DNA from: Chloroflexota bacterium
GTDB taxonomy: Bacteria; Chloroflexota; Dehalococcoidia; Lucifugimonadales; GCA-002723415
DNA length: 64,000 nt
Assembly: GCA_002723415.1 (NCBI GenBank)
Contig: PBOA01000031.1
Location: forward strand, 23,991-87,990
Direction of reading: 5' to 3'
The translations under genes were made by a program, and so were the position numbers. This document shows positions 20,530 through 31,508 of the stretch, one piece after another. Numbering within the stretch: the first letter of the stretch is position 1; the number at the start of each line of letters is the position of its first letter. The notes beneath the pieces were generated by a model that was not told where the DNA came from, searched no databases, and worked only from the letters and a program-made list of their open reading frames with translations.

Positions 20530-21504
20530 ATGAATATAGACATTAATGAAGAAAATTTTAGTGAATTTTCTAATGAGTGGTCCTTATTATTAAATTCTTA
20601 TAAAGATAAAACGGTCTTCCATACTTATACATGGCATAAGGTATGGTGGGATACTTTTTCAAATAACTCTGATTTAAAACTATTATCTATTAGAAATAGT
20701 GATGAATTAATTGGGATAGCTCCATTCATGATTAAAGATAAATCTTTATCATTTATGGGGGATACAAATTTATTTGATTATCATGATGTTATTTTACTTC
20801 ATCAGTCCAATATAATTTATGATAATTTATGGAAATATATACAGTTATTAGAATGGGATAAATGTGTATTTAAATCTTTACCAAATTATTCAGGGTTTTT
20901 AAATTTTTTTAGACAAATAGATAATAAGGATTTTGAAATTGTAATTTGTGAAGAAGATTCTGTACCTGTTTTAAATTTAAATAATACATGGGAAGAGTAT
21001 TTGCAAAATTTAAATAAAAAACATCGTCATGAATTAAAAAGAAAATTTCGTAGACTTAATGATACAAATAAAAATATAAAACAATATTTTTCTAAAAACG
21101 CATCAACAATTGATTATGAATTAACGGAATTTTTTCGTTTATTAAAACTTAGTAGTCCTGAAAAGTCTGATTTTTTAACTGAAGAAATCGAATCATTTTT
21201 CACTAAAATTTTTAAAGCTTTATTTAAAGAAAATATTTTAAGATTATATTTTATGGAAATAGATGATACCAAAGTAGCTGCATGTATATGTTTTGATTAT
21301 AACAATGTTTATTCTTTATATAACAGTGGTTATGATACGAATTATTCTTATTTAAGTGTTGGCCTACTTAATAAAGCTTTGTGTATTAAAGAATCATTAG
21401 AACTTAATTATGATAAGTTTAATTTTTTAAGAGGTTCTGAGCGATATAAATATTCTTTGGGTGGTATGGATCAAAAAATATTTCAAATTTCAATAACCAG
21501 GTGA
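20530..21504 (+). CDS. GNAT-family protein (CelD/BcsL-like, Acetyltransf_6)
   Basis: W..VWW, LIGIAPF, KHRHELKRKFRRL, YNSGYD and FLRGSERYKY. Confidence 0.85.
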   Translation: MNIDINEENFSEFSNEWSLLLNSYKDKTVFHTYTWHKVWWDTFSNNSDLKLLSIRNSDELIGIAPFMIKDKSLSFMGDTNLFDYHDVILLHQSNIIYDNLWKYIQLLEWDKCVFKSLPNYSGFLNFFRQIDNKDFEIVICEEDSVPVLNLNNTWEEYLQNLNKKHRHELKRKFRRLNDTNKNIKQYFSKNASTIDYELTEFFRLLKLSSPEKSDFLTEEIESFFTKIFKALFKENILRLYFMEIDDTKVAACICFDYNNVYSLYNSGYDTNYSYLSVGLLNKALCIKESLELNYDKFNFLRGSERYKYSLGGMDQKIFQISITR

Positions 21505-21532
21505 ATATACAAAAAATATAGTTGGAGTAATT

Positions 21533-22738
21533 ATGTCGAAAATTGCTTTTGTTAGTATGCATGTTTGTCCATTAGGAAAATTGGGTGAAGATAAAATAGG
21601 TGGAATGAATGTATATATAATGAATTTGGCTACTGCATTAACTAAATTAGGTTATGAGATAGATATTTATACTCGTAAACATGATATTAAAGACCCTGTA
21701 ATAGTTAAAACCGATCAAAATATCAGAATCATTCATTTGGATGCAGGCCCTGTTTTAGAAAATAATAATCATTTATATAAATATATAGATGATTTTACGA
21801 ATAATATTATTGAATTTAATTTAAATGAAAAAAATGAATATAAAATTATTCATAGTCATTATTGGTTGTCTGGGCCAGTTGGGGCCGTTTTAAAAGATAC
21901 ATGGGGAATACCTCATTTAATTACTTTTCACACTTTATCTGCAATCAAATTAAAAGCTTCTCCTAGTATAGTTGAGCATCAGCAAAGGTATAAAGTTGAA
22001 AAAAATACAATGAACAAAGTTGATTCTATAATTGTTTCAACTCAATCTGAATTAGATGACATAGTGGATTTGTATAATATCCCAGATAAAAAGATTCAAG
22101 TTATTCCACCTGGAGTTGATTTAGAATTATTTAAACCCTTAAATAAAATAGAATCCAAAAAAAAATTAGGATTAAATAATCGTAATATAATTCTTTATGT
22201 TGGTCGAATTGATCCTATAAAAGGATTATATACATTATTAGATTCGGTATTTAACATAAATACGAAATATGATCCTAAACTTATATTGATTGGAGGTGAT
22301 TTGAATAAAAGTCAAGATTTAATTGAATTGAAAAATTATACATTTAAAAAAGGTAAATCAGATGTTGTAGATTTTGTGGGCTTGATAGATCAATCTGATC
22401 TGCCTATTTATTATAATGCAGCAGAAGTATTTCTTTTAACTTCATTTTATGAAAGTTTTGGTTTGTCTGTTTTAGAATCATTAGCATGTGGAACTCCAGC
22501 TATAGTATCAAATGTAGGTGGTTTATCTGAGTTGATAGATAATGGAACTAATGGTTATTTAGTGTCCGAAAATAATGCTCGAAGTTTTACAAATCATATA
22601 GAAGCATTTTTTGAAAACGAACGTATGAAAAACTCATCAATAAATATTAGACTTAAAGCAGAGAGTTACCAGTGGTCAAAATCAGCAAAAAATATGTCTA
22701 ATATTTATACTAAAATTTTTGATGGGAGCTTAAATTGA
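21533..22738 (+). CDS. GT4 glycosyltransferase, MshA-like
   Basis: SMHxCPLG..GGMNVY, HSHYWLSG, VGRIDPIKG and YESFGLSVLESLACG resemble MshA. Confidence 0.85.
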   Translation: MSKIAFVSMHVCPLGKLGEDKIGGMNVYIMNLATALTKLGYEIDIYTRKHDIKDPVIVKTDQNIRIIHLDAGPVLENNNHLYKYIDDFTNNIIEFNLNEKNEYKIIHSHYWLSGPVGAVLKDTWGIPHLITFHTLSAIKLKASPSIVEHQQRYKVEKNTMNKVDSIIVSTQSELDDIVDLYNIPDKKIQVIPPGVDLELFKPLNKIESKKKLGLNNRNIILYVGRIDPIKGLYTLLDSVFNINTKYDPKLILIGGDLNKSQDLIELKNYTFKKGKSDVVDFVGLIDQSDLPIYYNAAEVFLLTSFYESFGLSVLESLACGTPAIVSNVGGLSELIDNGTNGYLVSENNARSFTNHIEAFFENERMKNSSINIRLKAESYQWSKSAKNMSNIYTKIFDGSLN

Positions 22739-22739
22739 A

Positions 22740-23405
22740 ATGAATGATAAAAAATATGATAAACAAAATAGTTTAATCAATAAATTAGAATCACATGTTT
22801 TCAGTAGGATATTAGCCGGTTTTATAATTTTGATTCCATTATTGGTAACTATTTTAATTTTATTATTTTTATTTTATAGTATAGATGATATTTTTAGAGG
22901 AGAAAGAGGCTTTTTTAGTCCATTTATAAATGGAACTAGATTAGATTTTCCAGGAATTGGTGTTGTTATTTCTATAGTTATTTTTTATTTAATTGGTCTA
23001 TTAGTTGGAGGACGATTAGGTAGAAGAATATCAGCTATAGAACGAACAACTTTGATGTGGATTCCTTTAGTTGGTACGATTTATGGATTGATGAGACAAA
23101 TTACTGAAACTTTATCTGCTCCTGTAACCAATAGATTTAACAGAGTAGTATTTATTGAATGGCCTAGACCAGGTTATATGGCAATTGGTTTTGTGACAGG
23201 ACAATTTTTTGATAAAGAAAAAAATAATGTAACTTTGGTAGTCTATGTGCCAACTGTTCCAAACCCTACTTCAGGTAATTTAGCTTTTGTGCCTGAAAAA
23301 GATGTAGTGGAAGCTGATTTAAATGTTGAAGAAGCCATGAAATTAGTTTTTTCAGGAGGTATAGTAATACCAGAAAATTTAAAAACTATTGTGGATAAGG
23401 ATTAG
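22740..23405 (+). CDS. DUF502 membrane protein
   Basis: N-terminal TM helices, VVFIEWPRPG and YVPTVPNPTSG. Confidence 0.9.
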   Translation: MNDKKYDKQNSLINKLESHVFSRILAGFIILIPLLVTILILLFLFYSIDDIFRGERGFFSPFINGTRLDFPGIGVVISIVIFYLIGLLVGGRLGRRISAIERTTLMWIPLVGTIYGLMRQITETLSAPVTNRFNRVVFIEWPRPGYMAIGFVTGQFFDKEKNNVTLVVYVPTVPNPTSGNLAFVPEKDVVEADLNVEEAMKLVFSGGIVIPENLKTIVDKD

Positions 23406-24313
23406 TTCGATATTTCCTTTTCGTACCACCATATTTCAGATGACTTATTAAATCCTAGTTTCTTGTAAATTTGTAATGCCTTAATGTTGTTTGAATCTAC
23501 TTCAAGTTCTACAGTTGAATGGTTATTGTTAAATAAATATTCTATACCTTTACCTACTAATATATTGCCGAGTCCTTTTGACCTGAATTGTGGTAGTATG
23601 CCAGTCATAGAAATTTTACCGGATTTGTTTTTATAGGTTGTCCAATTATAACCAACATATTCCTGTCTGTTTTTTAATATAATTATACCTTCTGGTTTTG
23701 TATTATGCATTTTTATTCTATATTTAATTTCTTCTGTTGTATTTGGACAAAAGCCCCAGCTGTCTTTAAAGACAGAATTTTGTAATTTAGTAAGTTTCTC
23801 TTCATCGTTGTCTTGAAGAAATGTTGAAAAGAAAAAATCATTGGGGGGTTCTAAATTTATAACAGGCATTTTTTTTAATTGCATATTGAAATATATTTTA
23901 ATTTTTTTAAAATTAAAATTTGTTAAAGAATTTTGTATTGATTTGTCATATTCACTAGTTTGAATATTTAATTTTTCTGTATGTAAAGATGAAGCTAATT
24001 CTAAAGCTTTACGGATTATTTTTGTTTGATTTTCATCGTTTTTGTGTAGCTTTAATATTTTAATATCTAATATAACTCTGTTTATAAATTTTTCTTCATT
24101 AAATGATATATATCCAATTGGTTCATTGTTATTGTTTGAAATAAGAAATAAATTTTTTTGGGGATTAAAAGAAGGATATGATAATTTTTCTTTTATATCG
24201 GAAAGGTTATATTTATAATTATTTTTATTGTCTAATGCTAATCTATTTAGCAAATTAGTATAATCATCTATATGCTGCCATGAAAAAGTCTTGTAATTTA
24301 AAGATATTGTCAA
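23402..24313 (-). CDS. Tandem-GNAT acetyltransferase, MshD-like
   Basis: Two GNAT lobes: FKDSWG, GILPQFRSKGLG and LEVDSNNIKALQIYKKLGF. Confidence 0.75.
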   Translation of the reverse strand: MTISLNYKTFSWQHIDDYTNLLNRLALDNKNNYKYNLSDIKEKLSYPSFNPQKNLFLISNNNNEPIGYISFNEEKFINRVILDIKILKLHKNDENQTKIIRKALELASSLHTEKLNIQTSEYDKSIQNSLTNFNFKKIKIYFNMQLKKMPVINLEPPNDFFFSTFLQDNDEEKLTKLQNSVFKDSWGFCPNTTEEIKYRIKMHNTKPEGIIILKNRQEYVGYNWTTYKNKSGKISMTGILPQFRSKGLGNILVGKGIEYLFNNNHSTVELEVDSNNIKALQIYKKLGFNKSSEIWWYEKEISN

Positions 24314-24413
24314 AATAATCTCCCAGATATATTATAAAAGAATATATAAAATATCAAAGTATATTTATAGCTTACAAATTCGATATATTCAAGATTAATT
24401 GATTATTTTTTAA

Positions 24414-25142
24414 ATGTATGATTTACATGTTCATATTTTACCTGGCATAGATGATGGTCCTCGAACTATTGAAGAGTCTTTAGGTATTGCTCGCATAGCT
24501 TTTTATTCTGGGACAAAAGTGCTTGTAGCAACTCCTCATAAAAAAGATGTCAATGAATTACATTCTATAGATAAAATTGTAAGTTTGACTAAAACATTAA
24601 ATAATTTGTTGAATCAAAAGAATATTAAAATTAAATTATTACTAGGTATGGAAAACCATATGAGTTTAGATCTTGTAGATGATTATTTGAATGGTTTTGC
24701 TTTAACAATAAATAAATCTAGATATATGCTTGTTGAGATGCCTTTTTTTGGTTCTGATAATTATGTGTATTCAGTAATTTCTGATTTAATTAATTTAGGT
24801 GTAAATCCTATTTTAGCTCATCCAGAAAGAATTGAAATGTTTCAAAAAGATATTAAAACTTTAAATGAATTTTTAAAAATGGGTTTATTAACTCAAATTA
24901 CAGCTGGTAGTATTAATGGTTATTTTGGTGATATTGCTAAAGATTTATCTTTATATATGTTGAAAAACAACTTAGTAAATATAATTTCTTCTGACAGTCA
25001 TTCAGCTGTAGGTAATCGTTCACCTGTACTTACTGATTGTGAGAAATTTGTATCAAAAATTATTGGATTTGATAAATTTAATGAATTAGTAACTTATAAT
25101 CCTTTAAAAGTTATACAAAATAAAGAAATTATTTCAAGTTAG
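24414..25142 (+). CDS. CpsB/CapC-type PHP tyrosine-protein phosphatase
   Basis: DLHVHILPGIDDGP, ATPH, AHPER and SDSHS. Confidence 0.92.
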   Translation: MYDLHVHILPGIDDGPRTIEESLGIARIAFYSGTKVLVATPHKKDVNELHSIDKIVSLTKTLNNLLNQKNIKIKLLLGMENHMSLDLVDDYLNGFALTINKSRYMLVEMPFFGSDNYVYSVISDLINLGVNPILAHPERIEMFQKDIKTLNEFLKMGLLTQITAGSINGYFGDIAKDLSLYMLKNNLVNIISSDSHSAVGNRSPVLTDCEKFVSKIIGFDKFNELVTYNPLKVIQNKEIISS

Positions 25143-25818
25143 GGATATTATTACGAATTTTTTGCCAGATTAAATCCGAAATAATACCTTTGTCTTGGTT
25201 AGCATTGATTTTGACCATTCTTTCAGATGATGATTTTAGTATTTTTAAATATCCTGTTCTTACTCTTTTATGAAATTCTATTGGTTCTTCTTCAAATTTC
25301 CGTGTTCCTTTTATATCTTTACGCATTCTTGTATTTAAATTTGATGGAAGGTTTGTTTCGCTTTTTGAAATAATTCTTTGAAACATTACTTCAGGGTCAG
25401 AATCAAGTAAGAATGTTAAGTCGGGATATATCATATGTGTTGCGATTTTATTAATTAATTCAATTTGGTTTAATTCTAGTTTACGACCAAATCCTTGATA
25501 AGCAGTAGTTGAATCTACATATCTGTCAGCAATTATTATTAAATTAGGTTTTTCTAAGTTAGGTTTTATCACTTTAGTGACTAATTCCGATCTTGCCGCT
25601 GAAAAAAGTAATAACTCAGATAAATATGTTATTGAATGATCAGGAGAAGTTTCTTTTTTTAATAAAACCCTTAATTTATCACCTAAGTTTGTTGTACCTG
25701 GTTCTTGTATAATTAGGCACTGATAATTTGATGTTTTGCATATTCTTTCTTTTAAAATTTTTATTTGAGTGGATTTACCAGTTCCTTCACCACCTTCGAA
25801 TGAAATAAAATATGACAC
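25129..25818 (-). CDS. tmk: Thymidylate kinase
   Basis: FEGGEGTGKST, EPG, DRYVDSTTAYQG and PDLTFLLD. Confidence 0.97.
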   Translation of the reverse strand: MSYFISFEGGEGTGKSTQIKILKERICKTSNYQCLIIQEPGTTNLGDKLRVLLKKETSPDHSITYLSELLLFSAARSELVTKVIKPNLEKPNLIIIADRYVDSTTAYQGFGRKLELNQIELINKIATHMIYPDLTFLLDSDPEVMFQRIISKSETNLPSNLNTRMRKDIKGTRKFEEEPIEFHKRVRTGYLKILKSSSERMVKINANQDKGIISDLIWQKIRNNIPNLK

Positions 25819-25846
25819 ATTTAATTCCTTAGTTAATAAATTATTG

Positions 25847-27391
25847 TTATTCTTTATATATAGTTACATATCTGCCTTGAGTATTTTCGCCTGTACTATA
25901 AGATTCTAAGCCATTATTTTCTGCTAATTCATGTTGTAAATATCTAATATATGCACTTTGAGGGTTTAAATTTACTTGAGGTTCTCCATTACTTATTTTA
26001 TCTATTGCTAATTCAGCTTCTTCAATAGCAATTTGTATATTAGGATTATTCTTTTTCTTTTTAAAAAGCGTATGAAATAACGTTTGTATTTGGTTGTACG
26101 AATTTCTCCTTAATACATATATAGGTTTACCTATTTTTTCAGCAGTTAACAATACTTTGGTTTTTCGACGGTAATAATTTTTGGTAGTTACAAGTATATC
26201 GTATTCATTGGGGTCTTTTGATATTATAACGTTTTTATTCTGATCATTTATAACTTGCTGTAATTTACCTTTATTAATTCCATAAGGCAATATACTGATT
26301 ATAGGTTCTTTTGGAATGTTATCAAGATTTTCTAATTTATTATCAGGCAATGTTTTATTATTTGTGTTTGGAGATAAATCATTATTTGATTTTATAGATT
26401 CAATATCTCCTTCATTATTAACCATTCGGTATTCAGGATTAAACTTTTTGCCGCGTAAAGTTTGGTCAACCATTTTACTTACATCGTCATAAATAGCAAC
26501 TTTATACCATCCATGAATTTCAATTAAAATATCAAATGTTGGAGGAGATTTTCTCTCTAAAATAGTTTTTTGTGAATTGCGCTTTTTAGCTTCTTCATCT
26601 CCAAGAGTTACGGCTTGTAAGCCTCCAACCAAATCAGTTAAAGTAGGATTTGCCATTAGATTTTCTAATGTATTACCATGGGCTGTTGCAATTAATTGTA
26701 CGCCTCTTTCTGCTATTGTTCTTGCTGCCAAAGCATCTAATTGATTTCCTATTTCATCTACAATAATTATTTCTGGCATATGGTTTTCAACTGCTTCAAT
26801 CATTACTGAATGTTGAAGAGATGGATTAGACACTTGCATTCTTCTGGCTTTTCCTATTCCGTTGTGAGGTATATCTCCATCTCCTCCAATTTCATTTGAT
26901 GTGTCAACAATTATAACTCTTTTGTTACCTTCATCTGCTAATACTCTAGCTATTTCTCTCAGCATAGTGGTTTTGCCTACTCCGGGTTTACCAATTAATA
27001 AAATGCTTTTACCACTGTGAATAAAGTCTTCAATTATTTTTATTGTGCCATAAATTGCTCTGCCAACTCTAAGGGTTAAACCAATGATTTTATTATTTCG
27101 ATTCTTTATAGCAGAGATTCTATGGAGTGTTTTTTCAATACCAGCACGATTATCATCACTGAAATTTTCAATTTGGTTTGTTATATAAGTTATGTCATTG
27201 ATATTTATCTTTTCATTGTTTATATAAACAGTCTCAGTAATATACCTTGCTTCTGGGTATCTTCCAATATCAATTACTACTTCTAATAAATCTTGTAATT
27301 TGCAATGTGTATAAATATTTTCTGATATTTTTTCAGGTAATAAATTTAATAATTTTTTCAAATCATTTTTATTTTCTAATTGATTATTCAA
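25847..27391 (-). CDS. SpoIIIAA/Ycf45-like AAA ATPase with C-terminal R3H domain
   Basis: RAGIEKTLHRIS, GKPGVGKTT, VDTSNEIGGDG, DEIG and R3H motif RYLQH. Confidence 0.9.
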   Translation of the reverse strand: MNNQLENKNDLKKLLNLLPEKISENIYTHCKLQDLLEVVIDIGRYPEARYITETVYINNEKININDITYITNQIENFSDDNRAGIEKTLHRISAIKNRNNKIIGLTLRVGRAIYGTIKIIEDFIHSGKSILLIGKPGVGKTTMLREIARVLADEGNKRVIIVDTSNEIGGDGDIPHNGIGKARRMQVSNPSLQHSVMIEAVENHMPEIIIVDEIGNQLDALAARTIAERGVQLIATAHGNTLENLMANPTLTDLVGGLQAVTLGDEEAKKRNSQKTILERKSPPTFDILIEIHGWYKVAIYDDVSKMVDQTLRGKKFNPEYRMVNNEGDIESIKSNNDLSPNTNNKTLPDNKLENLDNIPKEPIISILPYGINKGKLQQVINDQNKNVIISKDPNEYDILVTTKNYYRRKTKVLLTAEKIGKPIYVLRRNSYNQIQTLFHTLFKKKKNNPNIQIAIEEAELAIDKISNGEPQVNLNPQSAYIRYLQHELAENNGLESYSTGENTQGRYVTIYKE

Positions 27392-27435
27392 TAAGTATTA
27401 TTACTCCTATTGTTATTGAGGATAAAAAATCCTTA

Positions 27436-28008
27436 TTATAAAGTCATTTCAAGAAATAATTCATGTACTCTTGTATCATTAGTTAATTCTGGATGAAAAG
27501 AAGTTCCTAATATATTTTTTTCTTTAACAGCTACAGCTCTATTATTATCAACTTTTGCTAAAATCTCAGTATTTTTTCCTACTTTAGTAACAATAGGTGC
27601 TCTTATAAATATACAATTAAAAGGAGGTCCTTTAACACCTGTAATATCTATATTCGATTCAAAACTATCTACTTGTCTTCCAAATGCATTACGTTGTACA
27701 GTTATATCCATTAATTTAAGAGGGTCAGGTCTATGATCCATTAATTTTTTTGCAAGAACAATCAATCCAGCACAAGTGCCCCAAGTCGGTAATCCTTCTT
27801 TAATTGTTTTTATAAGCTTTTCTCTGAATTTATAAATATCAATAAGCTGAACTATAGTAGTACTTTCACCACCTGGAATTATTAACCCATCAATTGAATC
27901 TAGCTGTGACGGCAATCGGATTTCGACAGCATCTATATCTAAATTTTTCAGAATTTTAATATGTTCAAAAAAATCACCTTGAAGTGCCAAAACTCCTATA
28001 CGAGTCAA
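27436..28008 (-). CDS. pdxT: PLP synthase glutaminase subunit
   Basis: LALQG, PGGEST, GTCAG and FHPE. Confidence 0.97.
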   Translation of the reverse strand: MTRIGVLALQGDFFEHIKILKNLDIDAVEIRLPSQLDSIDGLIIPGGESTTIVQLIDIYKFREKLIKTIKEGLPTWGTCAGLIVLAKKLMDHRPDPLKLMDITVQRNAFGRQVDSFESNIDITGVKGPPFNCIFIRAPIVTKVGKNTEILAKVDNNRAVAVKEKNILGTSFHPELTNDTRVHELFLEMTL

Positions 28009-28009
28009 T

Positions 28010-28909
28010 CTACCAACCTCGTTGTGCTAGTTGTTCTTCTTCTGGCATAGTTCTAACATCTAAGCCAGGCATAGATGCGCCTAGTCCTCTAGAAACATCA
28101 GCTAATATATCAGGATCATTAAAATGAGTTGTTGCTTTTACAATTGCCTGGGCCATGATTTGAGGGTTTTCAGATTTAAAAATTCCAGAACCTACAAATA
28201 CACCTTCTACTCCAATCTGCATCATTAATGCAGCATCTGCTGGTGAAGCAATTCCTCCAGCTGCAAAGTTAACTACTGGTAATTTTCCAGTATCATGAAT
28301 ATCTTTAATTATATCAAAAGGAGCTTGCAAATCTCTTGCTGTAGACATTAATTCTTCAAGATTCATACCTTGGATCCTTTTTATTTCTCCTAACACGGAA
28401 CGAGCATGTCTTACAGCTTCTACTACATTTCCTGTCCCCGCTTCACCTTTAGTTCTGATCATGGCTGCACCTTCACCAATACGTCTTAAAGCTTCTCCTA
28501 AGTTTCTACATCCACATACAAATGGTACTTTGAAATCATGTTTCCATACATGATTTGTTTCATCTGCAGGAGTTAAAACTTCTGATTCATCTATATAATC
28601 AACTCCTAGTGCTTCTAATATTTGTGCTTCTACAAAATGTCCTATTCTAGCTTTAGCCATTACTGGGATTGTTACAGCTTTTTTGATACCTTCAATCATG
28701 CTTGGGTCAGACATTCTTGCAACGCCGCCCTGTTTTCTAATATCTGAGGGGACTCGTTCTAAGGCCATTACAGCACAAGCACCAGCATCTTCAGCTATTT
28801 TGGCTTGTTCTGGTGTTACAACATCCATTATCACTCCGCCTTTGAGCATTTGAGCAAGACCAGTTTTTACTCCCCAGGTTCCTGTTCCAGTTTTTGTTTC
28901 TACTACCAT
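28010..28909 (-). CDS. pdxS: PLP synthase lyase subunit (start at ATG 28909 after GGAGG)
   Basis: [28 protein letters not shown] and FAAGG. Confidence 0.98.
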   Translation of the reverse strand: MVVETKTGTGTWGVKTGLAQMLKGGVIMDVVTPEQAKIAEDAGACAVMALERVPSDIRKQGGVARMSDPSMIEGIKKAVTIPVMAKARIGHFVEAQILEALGVDYIDESEVLTPADETNHVWKHDFKVPFVCGCRNLGEALRRIGEGAAMIRTKGEAGTGNVVEAVRHARSVLGEIKRIQGMNLEELMSTARDLQAPFDIIKDIHDTGKLPVVNFAAGGIASPADAALMMQIGVEGVFVGSGIFKSENPQIMAQAIVKATTHFNDPDILADVSRGLGASMPGLDVRTMPEEEQLAQRGW

Positions 28910-29003
28910 AATTAGACCTCCGATAATTTCATCATACAATTAATGAACTATTTAAATCGAATTATACTATTTTGATTTATTGTAAGCAAATAGAAATTAA
29001 AAC

Positions 29004-30020
29004 TTATTTTATAGATTTAGATATATATGCTGCTAAATCGGCTGTACGACAACTATATCCCCATTCATTATCATACCAGCCTACTACTTTAATCATATTA
29101 TTATCCAATACCATTGTAGATAAACCATCAATAACACAACTATGTGGGTCTTTTTTGAAGTCATTACTTACTAAAGGTTCATTAGTAATAGATAATATGT
29201 CTTTTAATTTATTAGATTCAGCGTCTTTGTAAGCTTTATTTATTTCTTCAACGGTAGTTTCTTTTTTAATATTAACTACAAAATCTGTAACAGAAACTGT
29301 TGAAGTAGGGACTCTAAAGGCCATACCATGTATTTTTCCTTTTAATTCAGGCAATACCAATGCAACAGCTTTAGCAGCTCCAGTTGTGGTTGGAATAATA
29401 TTCATTGCTGCAGCCCTAGCTCTTCGAAGGTCAGAATGTACTTGATCTAATATTTTTTGATCATTGGTGTAGGAGTGAATGGTACTCATTAAACCATTTT
29501 CTATTGTAAACTTATCATGAATTACTTTTGCCATAGTTGCTATACAATTTGTAGTACATGATGCATTAGAAATAATATTATGTTTAAGATTATCATATTT
29601 ATCTTCATTTACTCCTAGAACTAATGTAATGTCTTCATTAGTTGAAGGAGCTGAAATAATCACTTTTTTGGGCCCAGATTTTAAATGTCCAGCAGCTTTT
29701 ACTCCGTCAGTAAAAAAACCTGTGGATTCTATTACAATATCTATGTCAAAATCTCCCCAATTTAGTTCTTCAGGGTTTCTACTTGAAAGTACCCGTATAT
29801 TTTGATTATTAATAGTTATACTTTTTTCATCAAAATTAACTTCACCTGGATATACTCCATAATTTGTATCATATTTGAACATATGGGCATTCGTATTAGT
29901 ATCTGCTAGGTCGTTAATTGCTACAACTTCTAATTCATTTGATTGCCGTTCCATAATAGCTCTTAAAACTTGTCGACCTATTCTTCCAAATCCATTAATA
30001 CCTACTTTTGTTTTTGCCAT
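29004..30020 (-). CDS. gap: Glyceraldehyde-3-phosphate dehydrogenase (type I)
   Basis: GINGFGRIGR, ASCTTNC and WYDNEWGY; start set at the ATG after GGAG. Confidence 0.98.
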   Translation of the reverse strand: MAKTKVGINGFGRIGRQVLRAIMERQSNELEVVAINDLADTNTNAHMFKYDTNYGVYPGEVNFDEKSITINNQNIRVLSSRNPEELNWGDFDIDIVIESTGFFTDGVKAAGHLKSGPKKVIISAPSTNEDITLVLGVNEDKYDNLKHNIISNASCTTNCIATMAKVIHDKFTIENGLMSTIHSYTNDQKILDQVHSDLRRARAAAMNIIPTTTGAAKAVALVLPELKGKIHGMAFRVPTSTVSVTDFVVNIKKETTVEEINKAYKDAESNKLKDILSITNEPLVSNDFKKDPHSCVIDGLSTMVLDNNMIKVVGWYDNEWGYSCRTADLAAYISKSIK

Positions 30021-30060
30021 ATTAATCTCCAATTTATTTAAGTTTTTATATAATTATAAT

Positions 30061-31356
30061 TTAATTTAAAAAATTATAGAAAATATTTTTCCCAAGAAAT
30101 ATACTTTTATTTCCTAATTCTTCTTCAATTCTTAGTAATCTATTATATTTAGCTGTTCTCTCGCCTCTAGCAGGCGCTCCACATTTTATTTGTCCTGCGT
30201 TCATTCCTACAGCAATATCTGCAATTATTGTGTCTTCTGTTTCACCAGATCTATGGCTTATTATAGTTCCCCAATGGGCATTCTGAGATTCTTTAATAGC
30301 CTCTATTGTTTCAGTAACTGTACCTATTTGATTTAGTTTAATTAATACAGCATTGCTAGCCTTTAATTGTATTCCTTTTTTAATTCTATCTGTATTAGTA
30401 ACGTAGAGATCATCACCAACTATTTGTACATTCTCTCCTATACTGGATGTAAGGTTTTGCCAATTTGCCCAGTCACTTTCATATATACCATCTTCTAAGC
30501 TTATAATTGGATATTTATTTACCAAACTGTTATACATTTGTATTAAATCGTTTGCGGCAAGTGATTTATTTTCTGAAATTAAATTATATTTATTATCTTT
30601 GTATAATTCATTTGAAGCTATATCTAATCCTATAAATATTTCTTTGCCTGGAATATATCCTGCTTTTGTTATAGCATCAACTAGTAGTTCAATTGCTTCT
30701 TCATTTGTTTTTAAAGAAGGGGCATAACCTCCTTCATCTCCAATATTTGTCGTTTTATTTTTTATACTTAATACAGATTTTATCTCTTGATAAACTTCAG
30801 CTCCAGCTCTTATTGATTCTCTAAAATTTTCAAAACCTATTGGTATAATCATAAATTCTTGGAAATCATTAGAATTTTCAGCATGTTTTCCACCATTAAT
30901 AACATTTAGCATAGGTACTGGTAGGGATAGTTTTCTAGATTTATTTAATTCATTGATGTAAGTATATATGGCTTTATTTGAAGCCATGGCAGCACCTTTT
31001 AATACTGCTATAGATACACCTAGAATTGCATTAGCTCCTAAATGTGATTTTTGTTTAGTTCCATCGAGGTTTATCATTGCAAAGTCAATTTCTTTTTGAT
31101 CAAATATAGATCTCCCTATTAATTCAGGAGAAATAATTTTTATTATATTATTGATTGCCTTAGTTACGCCTAATCCATTATATCTTTTTTTGTTATTGTC
31201 TCTTAGTTCTGTTGCTTCATTTGACCCAGTACTTGCCCCAGAAGGGACTGACCCTAAGGATTTCATTCCATTGGATAATGTTATCTCAACTTCTACAGTA
31301 GGGTAACTTCTTGAATCTAATATTTCTCGGGCATTTATATTTTGTATTGTAGTCAT
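30061..31356 (-). CDS. eno: Enolase
   Basis: PSGASTG, NGGKHA, GDEGG, IVGDDL and SHRSGETED. Confidence 0.98.
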   Translation of the reverse strand: MTTIQNINAREILDSRSYPTVEVEITLSNGMKSLGSVPSGASTGSNEATELRDNNKKRYNGLGVTKAINNIIKIISPELIGRSIFDQKEIDFAMINLDGTKQKSHLGANAILGVSIAVLKGAAMASNKAIYTYINELNKSRKLSLPVPMLNVINGGKHAENSNDFQEFMIIPIGFENFRESIRAGAEVYQEIKSVLSIKNKTTNIGDEGGYAPSLKTNEEAIELLVDAITKAGYIPGKEIFIGLDIASNELYKDNKYNLISENKSLAANDLIQMYNSLVNKYPIISLEDGIYESDWANWQNLTSSIGENVQIVGDDLYVTNTDRIKKGIQLKASNAVLIKLNQIGTVTETIEAIKESQNAHWGTIISHRSGETEDTIIADIAVGMNAGQIKCGAPARGERTAKYNRLLRIEEELGNKSIFLGKNIFYNFLN

Positions 31357-31442
31357 AAATTTGTATTAAATTATCCTATTTTATAAAGCATTATACTAAA
31401 AATAGGGACTAAATATAAAGCTATTTTTTTGAATAATAATTC

Positions 31443-31472
31443 TTGACACTTTACTTTTGTACGTGTTACATT
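31443..31472 (+). promoter_or_regulatory. Sigma70-type promoter upstream of the Rdx selenoprotein
   Basis: TTGACA (31443-48), 18-nt spacer ending in TGn, then TACATT (31467-72). Confidence 0.55.
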
Positions 31473-31508
31473 CACCAAACATAAATAAATAAAATTTAGG
31501 GTAAAATT

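Noticed and set aside
31300-31320. Enolase DSRSYPT instead of DSRG(N)PT as a sign of inactivation
   Set aside because: A single G-to-S change; all other catalytic motifs are intact, so it could be a polymorphism or sequencing error.
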